In this document: piece by piece, positions 25,518 to 41,247 of the stretch | Layout of the letters: every line of letters starts with the position of its first letter | Position numbering within the stretch: the first letter of the stretch is position 1 | The notes under the pieces: generated by a model | What the model saw: the letters and a program-made list of their open reading frames with translations, nothing else | Database searches by the model: none | Told to the model about the DNA's origin: nothing | Assembly (NCBI RefSeq): GCF_009914755.1 | Contig: NC_060928.1 | Length of the DNA stretch: 64,000 nucleotides | DNA from: the human T2T-CHM13v2.0 reference genome, Homo sapiens | Direction: 5' to 3' (one strand) | Program-made: the position numbers and the translations under genes

Positions 25518-28500
25518 CTATTGTTAAATAGCAAGATTTAATAGAAAAAAAGAAATCCATTCTCTACAAACTATCTTAATATGAACTGCACTTTTCATGG
25601 AACTAGAGAGACTAATTCTCACATTTATATACAATGAAAAAGTCCAAGAATGATAATATATCTGGCAGGGAAATTCTACTGCTTTATTTGTCTTTAGAAT
25701 TTTAGACAGTGACAGTGATGTTATATTGATTATCCTTTAATCCATTCAAATCTATTTCTTACTTTAAAAATCTAGGTACCTTAACTTTCTTAGAATCAAC
25801 TTATTTGGCACTCACTTTACAATTTATTTAAACACATAAATAGGTTATGAGACCTTGGTTAAGAGCCACTAAATATTGGTTTAATGTTAAATGTAAATCT
25901 TAATGCTAGAAAATGCACACTATAAATTGTAGGTGTACATTCAATTTTGTGCCTTTTTTGATTAGTATTATGAATTAAACTCCACAAGAAAGAGAAAGAG
26001 ATTGTTCTGATATCTGCCTTTATTATAGGAAGTTGTTAATGCCGATAGGCATTACTATTGATGCACATGCTATGCAAATACGCTTGTATGGGTGTATCTG
26101 TGTTTACTTCAAAAGATGACAAGTGCATATGAAGAAGTATATGAAAATCATGTCCTCTATATCCAAACCACTGAACAACATCAGCCAAAAGGATGTTTGG
26201 ACCCTCATCATGCTAAAATTATATACACAGTGGTATATAAGGAATCATTGACGAGAATATTTTGAAAGAATAAAAACTCAACAGTTTTATGGTAGGAACA
26301 TGAGATATTTATATTAATCCCTGAAAAACTATGCCAAAAAATTTACTCCATAAACATCTCCTTTTATAAGTCAGCATGGTTTATAAAAGATATAACTACA
26401 CCGCTGTATTCCATGTTGATTTCAATACGAAAACTGAATTTTAAATTTTGGAAATCAAAATACCAAAATGAAACTCTTATGGACCAATCATGGCTCTAGA
26501 GGTAACCTTTTTAAAAAAAGGAAGCTTTTAGCATAAACAATTGGCTTACGTTCTGCCAAACTGGCAGCTCCTAGTAAGAGGCTTGCTTTTACAAATCTGA
26601 ATCATAAGCTTTCAATTCAATACCACTAATAATTTATATCGTGCATGACAGGCTTCACAGCATGGAAGCATCATGTTGCCTTATTGAGCAATGCATAATG
26701 TATAATAAAAGCTTGATTCAGAAAAGCTAGAAAAATGTTCATTACTAAATATGACTTAAACGAACTGAGTGAGAACTACAAAACATTATGACAGTAAAGG
26801 ACTAAAAACTACCTTAAGTCCTTTGGAAGTTTTCACTTTACTGTAGCAATTTATAGGACTCTGCATCAAGATAAATGCCAGAAAAAATAAAAATATCCTT
26901 AATACTATGTTTACGATGTTGGAATAATTATATTAATTAAAAGTTTGCATATTTTAACAGCTTGTATTCAAGAATTTACGATACAGTATTTTATATTCAT
27001 GTTCCTTTCATGTATCAGAGACTTGTATGGCTAAGTTTTTCTCATCAGGGAGTTTATATTCCTGGTATTATAGTAATTTAATCATATAAAACAAAGACTT
27101 GCTAGTGGCTCTCCGCATGTTACGAGTACTGGGTGTATAATCTTAATAAACAGAGATCTAACAAAAGGAACCAAAAGTCCTGCTCTCTAACAGACTTATG
27201 AAAGTAATTATACCTTTATTGAAGTTACACCATTCTAAAGCCCCCGCTGTTCCTGCTGTTTCTTAAAGATGGTTATTTTCTACTTAAAGAAAACAGACAC
27301 ACTTTAGAAGAATAACTCTTGTTAAGTAATATTACAGAATTTAATCAGATTCTCTATGCAGCTTACATAACAATGGCACAAATATATCAAACCAAATAAT
27401 AAGAGTCAAAGGTTTAAAAAATACAGAATGGCAAATTAGAGTAACTTACTAATTGGAGTAACAACTCACATGACTGTAGGGTAAGACAGGAAAGTGGAGG
27501 GGAAGAAAAAGCCTTTCACTAGCCATGATGATTCCCAGAGGCTTTAATAGGCTTTACACAGCTATTGCTAGGGTGAAAGCAGGCATTAACAGAGTTAAAT
27601 AATGTAAGATGAGACCATATGTCAAGAACCATCTTTAAAAAGTGCTAGGGAAGAGAGCAGGCAGAATTGTAGGAACAGCTGCCTAGATTAGGTAGCTAAA
27701 GCAAGGTGATGATAAGACAAATCTTTCAGGGTTGCTCTTTGCCCTTAGAGTTTGGTTTCTTGTTTATCCAAAGGTATTCAGCTCTAGGGAAAAGGGTTTA
27801 AAAAGCTTCTACTGACAATATTGATTTATTTCCAAAATCTAATTTGCATTGTATATTTGAAAACATCCATTTACAGTAGGCAGATGATAGGTAAATAACA
27901 AACTGAAAACAATAGAATCCCATGGGGAAAAGCAATCACAATTCACTAGACCTAAATAAATGATCAGACGTATTTTAGTCAGCAGTTTTAGTAGCATGGC
28001 TCCCTCTCCAGGTACCCACCCCACAGACACAGACTTTCCCCTATTCACTGTTACCAGCTATCCTGGAAATTCTAATCTGCTTTGCACATTATCTCTCTTC
28101 TATGTGTTAAACCTTTGCTTTTATTTTCTTATCTAGTTAACTCATCTTACAATGATTAACTCAAATCCTACCCTCTATCTAAGGAACATATAATTAATAC
28201 TATATCATCTTAGCACTTGATACATGTGTGAATGTCTAAGCATTTGTAACATTGTATGCATGTAGTTATATGTTTGTATGTCTCTCCAGTTATTATGGAG
28301 AGTCTGAAATATTTGAACCACATTACTTTTCACAGCACATATTAAGTGTTCAAAATATATTATACTTGTTAATTATATTTACAAACAATTTCATCCAAAA
28401 AGACTCTGGATTGCTTCAACCAAGGAAGGTATCCATTAGTATGTTCTCATGAATTTCCTTTCACTTTTTGATTTATTCTTTAAATTATTAACCAGAAAAT

Positions 28501-28559
28501 AGAATGTACTTTTATCTCTCAGATGGGTGAAAGCAATAAAGAATACCTACTAAATATCA

Positions 28560-31235
28560 GAAAAGTGGCAGCCTGCTACACAAAAGTTGTCGACACCACT
28601 GCCCAAAACCTTTACATAAGTAAATCCTGGAGCAGGCCATAATGGAAAAGGGAGAATCCATAGTTGTAACAACAAAGTATCTAAAATTTCCAGTGCTCAA
28701 CAATAACAACAACAAAATGAGACATGCCAAGAAATGGAAAAGAGTGACCCATACTTATATGAAAAGGAGGTACTAAAAATTGACTCTGAATGAACTCAGA
28801 GGTTAGATTTAACAGACAAAGAACTCAAAGATACTATTATAAACATGTTCAAATAATTATTATACATTATATTTAAAGAATTAAAGAAAAATGTGATAAT
28901 ATTAAAATAGAGATTATAAAGATAAATAGAATCAATAAAATGAACTAAACGTATTCTAGAGTTGAAAAATACAGTAATGAAATAAGAAAAATTACAAAAT
29001 GATCTCAGCCACAGATTTGAAAAGGCAGAAGAAAGAAATAGTGAATTTGAAGGCAGATTAATAGCTATTATCCAATTTGAACAACCAAAGAAAGAAAGAT
29101 GTAAAAATAAACAGCACCAGAGACTTGTGGGAAAACTTTAAGTGTACTAACATAAGTATAATGAGAGTTAGCAAAGGAAAGGAGAGAGAAGGAAAAGTGA
29201 AGAAAAATATATTGGCTGAAAATTGCCAAATTTGATGAAAAACATTAATCTAAAAGTCCAAGAAGTTCAATGAACCCCAAGTATGATAAACAAACATGAA
29301 GTGATCACTTGTAAACAAACCATAGACAAAATGTTGAAAGACAAAGGCAAAGAGATACTCTTGAAAGAAGAAAGAGAAAATGCCTCATCATACACAAGAT
29401 AACAAAAATAAGATTAATGACTGATTTCCCATCAGAATCAATGGTAGGCAGAAGGCAGTAGAAGGATATATTCAAAATGCTGACTGAAAAATAAAAAATT
29501 GGCAACCAAGAATTCTATATCCAGCAAAAATATTCAAGAATAAAGGTGATAAAGACATTTCCAGACATAAAGACATTAAATGAATACACTGCCAGAGACC
29601 TGCTGAAAGAAAAAGACACCAGATGGTAACTCATATCCAGAGAAATAATGAAGAGCAAAGGAAATCGTAAATGTATTTATATATATATGAATATATATAT
29701 ACATTTGCAATATACATTTGCAGATATCTTTTATACACTTATATATGTTAGTTTTATATATATAACAGTATAAAAGATATCTGCAAATGTCTTCTCTTAA
29801 CTCCTTTCAAAAGTATATTATTACATAAAACATAATTATAAAACTATATTGCTAGGCTTATAAATTTCATATGTTATACATATGACAGTAACAACACAAA
29901 GGAGGAGGGATGACAGGAAGCTGTATTGAAGCAAAGTGACTATGTTTAACTGGAATTATTTTAGCATTTATCTAAAAATATTGGAATAAATTAAAATGTA
30001 TATTGCAACACCTAGAGCAACCACTAAGAAAATAATTATTAAAATATACTTTAAAAATTCCTGGTATGATTATAATGGTACACTAAAAGTATACATACAA
30101 AATGCAAAAGAAGGAAGTAAAGGAGGAACACGGGGACAAAGGAGACGTGAATCATATACAAAATAAATAGTAAAATGACAGACATAAATGTAGCATATCA
30201 ATTATTGTACCAAATATGAATGAACTAAAGACTCCAATCAAACAGACTACATTTTTAAAAGATCAAACTCTATGCTCTCTATAAGAAAACACTTTATATT
30301 CAAATTTGCAAATAGGCTGAAAGAAAATAAACTATAGACCAAAAAGTAAGAGCTAAGTCATTAAAATACTTGGAAAAATCATAGAAGAAAAACCTTTATC
30401 TTATTACAAGCAAAAACTTCTTAGATATAACACCACAAGCATACCCCAGAAAAGAAAAAAAGAAACTGATGAATTAGACTTCATAAAAATTAAAAACCTT
30501 TGCTTTTCAGGAATGCCATTAAGAAAATAAAAATATATTCCACAGCCTGGGGAAAAAAAATGCTTGCAAATTATATATCTGATAAAGAATTTGTACCCAG
30601 AATAGAAAGACGTTAATAATTTAATAATAAGAGAATAAAGCTCTTGATTGAAACAATATGCAAAAGTTCTGAATAGGCTTCTCTATAGAAGATAAATAAA
30701 AATGTCTAGTAAAAGATGCTCAGCATCATTCATTATTAGAGAAATGCAAATTAAAACCACAATGAGATCTTCATAGTAACATTATTCATAACAAAAAGGT
30801 GGAAACAACCCAAATGTCCATCAACTAATGAGTAGATAAACAAAATGTGGCATATTTATACAAAGAAATCTCATTCAGCAATAAGAAAGAATATAGTACT
30901 TAAAATATGTTACAACATGGATGAACTTCAAAAATATTGTTGAAAAAAGCCAGTCATAGTAGACTACATATTGCATGATTCTATTTATGAGAAATGACAA
31001 ATCTATAGAGACAGAAGGCTGTCTAGTCGTTGTCTGGGGCTGGGGGTAAGAGTAGGGATTAGCTGCAAATGGGCACAAAATGATGTTTTGAGGTTATGAA
31101 AATCTTTAAATTTAATCTAACATGCTTATGGTTGTACACCAATGCACATTTACTAAAAATCATTTAACTGAATCCTTACAATGGGTGAATTTTTTAAGAT
31201 GTAAATTATAACTCAATTGAGATGTTAAAAAATAA
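28560..31235 (+). mobile_element. Old L1 (L1MB/MC-like): ORF1 remnant, deleted ORF2 and 3' UTR
   Basis: ORF1-like caaccaagaattctatatccagcaaaa; ORF2 end agagaaatgcaaattaaaaccacaatgaga; 3' UTR acaaatctatagagacagaa. Confidence 0.8.
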
Positions 31236-31245
31236 AAAGAGAATT

Positions 31246-31545
<300 letters not shown>

Positions 31546-31612
31546 GAGAATCTTTATTGCATCCTGATTAAATTGACTAATAAGTGCCAATAAGTCCAAT
31601 GGATATCCCAGG

Positions 31613-31990
31613 TGTTATAGACTGAATTGTGTCTCCTCCCAAAATTAACCTGTTAAGCAACTTTAACCTGTAATGCAACTTTATTTGGAGATATGACCTT
31701 TAAAGAAGGCATTAAAGTTAAATGAGGTCATAAGGGTAGGGCCCTACTTCAACACGACAGGAGTCCCTATAAAACTGAAGAGATACTGAGGTGAGCATGC
31801 CCAGAAGAAAGGCCATGTGAGGACACAGCAACAAAAACAAGCCCAGAAAAGAGGCCTTAAGGGAAACCAAATCAGCCAACACCTTGATCTTAGACTCCTA
31901 ATGTTTAGAACTACGAGACACTAAATTGTCATAGAACTACAAGACACTAAAGTGATCTAGTATGTGGGATTGCAATGAACTAACTACCAG
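31613..31990 (+). mobile_element. MLT1B/C-like LTR
   Basis: tgttatagactgaattgtgtc...ttatttggagat...taaagttaaatgaggtcataagggtagggcccta...gccatgtgaggacacagc. Confidence 0.8.
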
Positions 31991-34099
31991 GAAGTGCCAA
32001 AGTTGACAGCTAATATTGCAGATCATCTGAACCCCACAAGCTATGTCACTACCTAACAGACAATAGACTTCATATTGTATGATTCTATTTACAAGAAATT
32101 TTTGGAAATGGCAAATCTATAGAGACAAAAAGCAGATCAGTGGTTGGTTGGGGCTGATAGTAGCAATAGAGATTGACTGTCGTCCACTCTGATTTAACAA
32201 AAACCTCAGAAAAATAGAATGAAAAGTCAAATTGCCTGAAATTAAATCTTATGCATGAAGCCTGAAAATAAAAAGTAAGTCTTAAACAGTGAGCTTGTGA
32301 GCTGCGATTTGCACCAGCAACATATGTATAATGTGATCCTATTTTTATTCTATTAATGAAGAAGATAAATTGCCAAACACATTTAACCAAATGTTAATGG
32401 AGGAACTTATAAGATCCTTATAAGAACTGACTACCTATTCTGATCCCTAGTCAGGAGCCTCACGCCATTCTCAAACATAAAGTTGCCAGTGTTCTTCATT
32501 TCACCTTTTATTTTTAGGGTGTATTTTCAAAATGTGTTACAATAAGGATGTGTCAAATTTCAATTTTAGAAGTTATTTAAAATAAGGCTACTCTAACATG
32601 TTACCTCTGATACGTCTTCATTCTTTTGCCATCAGAATTTTTCAGTCTTAAATTTTTTCTAATCTAAAGTCCTCTATTTTTAAAATGTCCTTTTAAATCC
32701 CTTCCTAGATAATTAAACTTTACGATTAGAGTGCCTGTTCATGTGAAAAACTTTTAAGAGAAAATCACTATATGTTTCCCATCTAATAACAAAAAGCTAT
32801 ATATTGGTAAAGGAGCAGAAAATGCAGCATTGTTGGTTTGTGGTGGACAAAGCTGTGGTCTGAGGAACAGGAGGCTCAGGAAATAGTTACAGTTTGCCAC
32901 TAACTAGTCAGAAAACCTAAAATGATTCATGTAATATCTCAGGTTATAATTTGTTCAGATGCATAGGATATTTCAGGTTAAACAGAATATAAGTACCTTT
33001 CATGTTTTTTAAGATTTTTGTCTAGGGCTCCTCACTAAAAATGAACTTATCATCGTTGTTGAGTTTTTTTGATTATCTTAATTGCAGAAAATGAACTAAA
33101 AGTTCTATTTACATGTTGGAAAAATAGGGGAAAACCTTCAAAGTTCACATTTCTAAAGACTAGACAGAAGTATAAGTAGATAATATACACCCACAATTTA
33201 TTATTTTCTTTACTTTTTGATATGCTCTTCTCTTATTATTAGTTTCATTTACTGGAATTTAAATGAATATCAAGTAATGGTTTTCATGTTTGCATATTCT
33301 GCAGCTTTTAAGATCGGCCTACAAATGTAGCCTGAAGTTGCTTCATTCTCCCAAAGTAAGATTTTTAGACAAAAATCATGTCCTCAGTCACAAATTTTTT
33401 TGTTACCATAGTGATAAGAATAAAGAATGAAAAAAAAAGAGCTAAAAATAACTGAAGACAGTTTTAGAACTGTGACCCACTTGGTGTCGTACACTAAAGT
33501 AGTTAATCAATTGAATTAGTTACATATGCGCTCAGGTGAAATATTCTACTGGATGAAAAAATGCGTAGGTTGCACATCTGGAGCTATTATACACAATCAA
33601 AGAAGTCAGTATGAATGAAGATGATAGACAATCTAAAATGCATAAAATCAAATTCTTTTAAGAATAGAATATATACCAGAAGCAAATAGGAATCCATTAA
33701 TTTAGCTCCTTTTTGTATCAATTTTCTGTTGTCTTTTCATTATTTTAGAATATCTCCTCCATTTTAAATTAAATCTTCTTATGCATCAAAAAGTGTTGTA
33801 GCTGGATGGAGCAATATAATTAGACATATATTTAAAATTACATTGGAGTGGCCCCTTTCTGTAAAGGAAAGTTTCCCAATCTTATGCATTATAATAAAAA
33901 TATGCTTTTAAATTAACTTTTCTTTTGAAAATTTTAGTTTAAATAAGAATCTTAACAGACACAATCATTTACAGAAAAATCTAACATATTGCAAGGCATT
34001 AAGCTAGCCTGGGAAACATGAACAGGCAGCTCTTGCTATCAAGAATGTTTTAATCATCCATCTAATTATGTTTTTATAACACTGATTTTTAAAATGTCT

Positions 34100-34675
34100 G
34101 CACATAGTAGAATGGAAAAAGCATTCACCTTAACTTGAAGAGAGCAAAATTAAAGTTCCAGCTCTATCAATGAGCTTAGAAAAGTCTCTTTCTAAGCCTC
34201 AGTTCTCCCATCCATAAAATATGTATAAACGAGCATATCCCCTCCTCTAGCATATAGATCATTATGATAATCTAAAGGGATGATATGGGTAGAAACCAAC
34301 TGATGACATTCAGTATAAAATCTCTGTTAAAATGAGTCATTATACAATTTTGTTTAATATTTAAACATTTTCAAAATGAAGATAATTATAGAAGTTTATT
34401 TTCATAATTAAGAATATGTAAGAATTATTTATGAATAATAGCAAACTTTTATTGTGCACTTACAATGGACCACATATTTTACATAATTATTTCATTTAAG
34501 CCTCATAACAGTCCAGTGACTTAGATATTATCTTCCTTTTACAGCTGAAAAAAGTGGGGTATAGAAGGAATAAATAACTTGTCCAAAGACAGCTAGAAAG
34601 TGGTAGAGCAGGGAATTAAGCCCAGGCAAGCTAACCCCAGAGCCATGCTCTAAATCTAAGCCATTATGATATACT
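34100..34675. mobile_element. Two MIR fragments in opposite orientations
   Basis: tctaagcctcagttctcccatccataaaat at about 34190 and cttttacagctgaaaaaagtggggt...acttgtccaaagacagctagaaagtggtagagc at about 34540. Confidence 0.65.
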
Positions 34676-35056
34676 CTAAAATAATGAGTAGAGAAAAATA
34701 CCCCTATGAAACTGTTAATTTGAAAAAAAAATACATATTCTAAATTACTAACACTAGTCATATATGTTTTTTAACTACTTGATTAGTTATATTTGGCTGC
34801 ATTTAATTTTTTAATTTTATTATTATAAGAAAAATGAAAACAACTTAAATGTATAACAATAAATACATTATAGAACATCCATATGGCAGATTACTACTCT
34901 GTCAAAAATAACACTGTAAAACTTATTTATAGCTTTGAAACTGATAAGTATTGTTAAAAACAATATATTCAAACTATATGTGGAAAATCTGGATTTTCAT
35001 AAAATAATGTCATATTGACAGAAAAACTTAGATAAATAGTAAATGTTAACAATTGC

Positions 35057-35420
35057 CCCTTCCTGTGTCCATGTGTTCTCATTGTTCAATTCCCACCTAT
35101 GAGTGAGAATATGCGGTGTTTGGTTTTTTGTTCTTGCGATAGTTTACTGAGAATGATGATTTCCGATTTCATCCATGTCCCTACAAAGGACATGAACTCA
35201 TCATTTTTTATGGCTGCATAGTATTCCATGGTGTATATGTGTGGGGTGGGGGGAGGGGAGAGGGATAGCATTGGGAGATATACCTAATGCTAGATGACAA
35301 GTTAGTGGGTGCAGCGCACCAGCATGGCACATGTATACATATGTAACTAACCTGCACATTGTGCACAGGTACCCTAAAACTTAAAGTATAATAATAATAG
35401 AAATAAAAAAAGTGAAAAAA
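35057..35420 (+). mobile_element. Young L1 (L1PA2-like) 3' end with 5' inversion
   Basis: 35057-35240 is antisense L1 3' sequence; 35241-35420 is sense 3' UTR plus A tail; 9-bp TSD aacaattgc (35048-35056, 35421-35429). Confidence 0.93.
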
Positions 35421-36714
35421 AACAATTGCTATTTCTTCAAAATTTTATGTATTTCTATATTTTCCAAATTTTCTATAATAAAACATTAAATACTTTTGTC
35501 ATTAAAAGTCACTTAAACAACCTAAACTGAAGCACAAAGTGATGTAGATGCTTCTACAAATAGGTGAACAAATATTTATCAAAGTCTAAAAAATTGTTCC
35601 AGGTACTAGGATATAGCAGTGGCAAAACAAAGTCCATAGGTAAAGAATTGTTTAAATTTGCACTAAGAATGAAAGAAGAGAACTCCAAACATACAATGAA
35701 GCATCCATCTTTACATTCTGATTTACTCACACCTTTGTACTAGTATGTGAGCCCTTTCTTTAGATTAAAAAAAAGATCCTGAAATGTTTGTTTCACTTCC
35801 TTACCATCTCTTCTCAATTACTTTGTGGTGACATTATCTCTAAACACAGTAGAAAGCCAGAGCATGAGTATATAAATAGAAAGAAAAGCTAACAAACAAA
35901 AATCAGTTGCATTTCTCTACATTAACAAAAAATTATCTGAAAAAGAAATTAAGAAAACAATTCCCCTTGCAATCGCATCAAAGAAAATACAATATTTAGT
36001 AATAAATTTAACCCAAGAGGTTAAAGATCTGTACCCTGAAAACCATAAGACACTGATGAAATAAATTGAAGACACAAATAATTGAAAAGGTATATTGTGT
36101 TCATGAATTAGACTTTATATTGTTAATATGCCTATACTACCAAAATGATCTATTGATTCAATGCAATCCCTATCAAAATTCCGATGGCATTTTATAAAAA
36201 CCAAACCTAAATTACATGAAACTATAAAAGTTCCTGAAAAGCTAAATAAACCTTGAGAAAGAAAAACAAAGCTAGTGGCAACACATTTCCTGATTTCAAC
36301 CTATATTAAAAAGCTATTGTATTCAAAACAGTATGACACAGGCATAAAAACGGACAAATAGACCAATGGAATAGAATAGAGAGCCAAGAAATAAACCCAT
36401 GCATTTATATGCAACTAATTTGTGGCAAGGGTGACAAGAATACGCAATAGGGAAAGGATAGTTTTTACAATAAATGGTGTTGGGCAAACTTGATGACCAC
36501 ATGCAAAAGAATAAAATCGGACGTTTATTTAACACCATATTTAAAAATTAACTTGACATGGATTAAAGACTTAAATGTAAAGTCTGAAGCCACAAAACTT
36601 CTAGAAGAAAACAGGGGAAAAACACTGTGAAGGCAATCTTGGCTATGGTTTTTTTTAGTATGACCCCAAAAGCACAGGTGACAGAAGCAAAAACAAACAA
36701 ACAAACAAAAAACA

Positions 36715-36845
36715 GTTGGGCACAGTGGCATGTGCCTGTAGTCCCAGCCACTTGGGAGGTTGAAGCAGGAGGATCACTTGAGACCAGGAGTCCAAAACTA
36801 GCCTAAGCAACTTAGATCCCAGTTTCTATCATAAAAAAATAAAAA
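36715..36845 (+). mobile_element. Free Alu monomer (FLAM_A-like)
   Basis: Single arm: gcctgtagtcccagcc...ggaggatcacttgagaccaggagtcc...agcctaagcaac plus A tail. Confidence 0.8.
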
Positions 36846-37479
36846 TAATTTTTAAAAAACGAGCGGGACTACCTCAAACTAAAATGCTTATGCACAACAG
36901 AGGAAACACAATCAACAAAATGAAAAGAGAACCTGTAGAATGGGAGAAAATATTTGCAAACCATATGTCTGATAAAGGATTAATATCCAAAATAAATGAT
37001 AAAGATACAACTTAATAGCAAAAATCCCAAAATAACTCAATTCAAAAATGGCCAACAAACCTCAATAAACATTTTTCCAAAGAAAATATGCAAGGGGCCA
37101 ACAGGTAGATGATCATCAGGGAAATGCAAGTCAAAACAACAGTGAGCTATTACCTCACACCTAGTATGATAGCTATTATTAAAAAGACAAGAGATAGCAG
37201 GTATTGGTGAAGAGGTGGAGAAAATGGAATCTTTGTACATTGTTGGTAGAATATAGATTGGTACACCCATTATGTAAAATATTATGGAATTTCCTTAAAC
37301 AATTAAAAATAGAACTACCATAAGATCCAACAATCCTACTACTGGGTATATATCCAAATAAATGAAATCAGTTTGTTAAAGAGATAGCTGTACCTATATT
37401 GCAGCATATTCACAATAGCCAAGATAAGAAAGCAACCTAAGTGCCTGTCAACAAATGAATGGAAAAAAAAAGTGGTATT

Positions 37480-38970
<1,491 letters not shown>

Positions 38971-40113
38971 TTAAAAATAAGGCAATTTTGTCATTTGTCA
39001 CAATAAAGATGAACTTGGAAGACATTATGTTAAGTTAAATAAGCCAGATATGGAAACACAAATACTGTGTAGTCTCACTTATATGGGAAATCTATAAAAG
39101 TTGATATAAAAGCATAGAGTTGGATGGCAGTTGCCAGGGCTGAGGGTTGGAGGCAATTAAGGAGATGTTGGTCAAAACATACAAACTTTTTGTCTTTCAG
39201 TTTGAAAGACAAATAAGTTCTGGGGATCTAATGTACAGCATGGTGACTGTCGTTAATACTGTATTGATTACCTGAAATTAGCTAGGAGAATAGTTCTTAT
39301 GTGTCCTCACCACACACTCACACTTACATACACAAACAGTGACTATGAATGGTGATGGATATATTGATTAATTTGATTGTAGTAGTCATTACACAATGCA
39401 TATGTATCCCAAATCATCATATTACATCTTTAATATAAACCATTTTAATTTGTCAATTATACTTTGACAAAGCTGGGGAAAAAAGAAAGAAAAGCTGAAA
39501 AGAATCTTAAAATATTAAAGGAAAATTCATTGAGATGTTTTCATACTTTTGTGACAATTTACATCCCCTTATTAGTCTTTAGAGAGAAATCTTGCTCAAT
39601 TTAAATTATTAAATATTCTCATAAACAATATTTTTCATGTATTATTCAGAAAAGAAATGATTTTCTGTGAAAGTCTATTATATTGAAATAGCTTACAATG
39701 TTTATACATTTTAACTTGACCGTGTTCTCCAATACCAAATCTAACTATCCAGGAGAAAGCCTCCTAGCATCAGTATTTAAAATATGATAGTTTAAAATAT
39801 ACTCAGCTTGATGTAACTTATTTTATATCCAAAAATACTTAAAAACTATAAAAATGAAAACCACCTCTTCCATCTTCCTCCAAAAAAACCTGTATTGTAT
39901 TAACTTCTTTTAACCTACTTTTCAAATATTTTCCTTCACAAATATTAAGATCAGATGCAAAGAAATTTGAGGGAAAGCACTTACACAAAAAGTTTAGTAA
40001 AAGTAAGGGAAGGAATGAAGAAAGGAAGAGAACAACTAAGGAAAGTTGGGAAAGAGAAAAGAAAGAAGTTGAAAGGAAAAGAAGGGGGGAAAAAGAAATG
40101 AGAAACTACTCAC

Positions 40114-40248
40114 CTTGATGGACCAGGTCCCAAGTATCATCAACTTGTTTCTGAGTTGGGAAATGACCACAGTCACTGAAGAAATTGGGGAGCTCATTTC
40201 TTTCAATTTTTGGCCAATCTTCCCTCTTAGCAAACATTATTTCATAGA
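40114..40248 (-). CDS. IQCM: Internal coding exon (135 nt, symmetric phase 1-1)
   Basis: Acceptor tttttgtccttttag|TC and donor CAAG|gtgagt. T+TC completes Phe, then YEIMFAKREDWPKIERNELPNFFSDCGHFPTQKQVDDTWDLVHQ plus G. No stop codons. Confidence 0.93.
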
Positions 40249-40891
40249 CTAAAAGGACAAAAATGTAAAAGAAAATATTTTTTTAAACAATACATCAAGT
40301 AAAAACTTTAACTCTAGCTTTATTTTCCTGTCTACCAGTAAGTCTCCATGATTAGTCTAGCACTATATCAACCTTCTGGCAAAGGTTAGAAGGAAGTGGG
40401 CATGTTTCTCTCTCCTCACATTCCGCAGTAGTGAAATTTTTACTTGATTCCCCAAGATGAATACTGGCATCTTCTATACTGACTTCATGATAATTGACCA
40501 TAAATCCTATAATGTCAACTCAACCATGTCATAAGACATAGTTTTTATGACAGGACTTCTGAGGACCTGACACCTACTGATCCATTTCACTCTTCATTGT
40601 TTATTAGCTGCTCTACTTTTTTCATCTGTTGTTGGCTTTTACTCACATTCTAACTACTTAAAAATTGGTAATTCCACTTTGGATGGCTTATTCTGTTTCT
40701 AAAGTTGGCCCCTAATTGGGAGCAATGTCTACTTTTTGCTCACTAACTTCATGTATTTCTACTTTCATATTTAAGATACTTTGTCACTCCTGGCTCAAGA
40801 CTACCACAGAAAACCACTCAGTTGGGCCACCTATCACTTATCTCCCATACTTGACTTTAGAAAGGAGTTAGATAATGAGCAAGAAAATTGA

Positions 40892-41247
<356 letters not shown>

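Noticed and set aside
40036-40233. Track ORF MLRGKIGQKLK...
   Set aside because: Wrong frame of the real exon; the phase from the upstream exon dictates FYEIMFAKRED...
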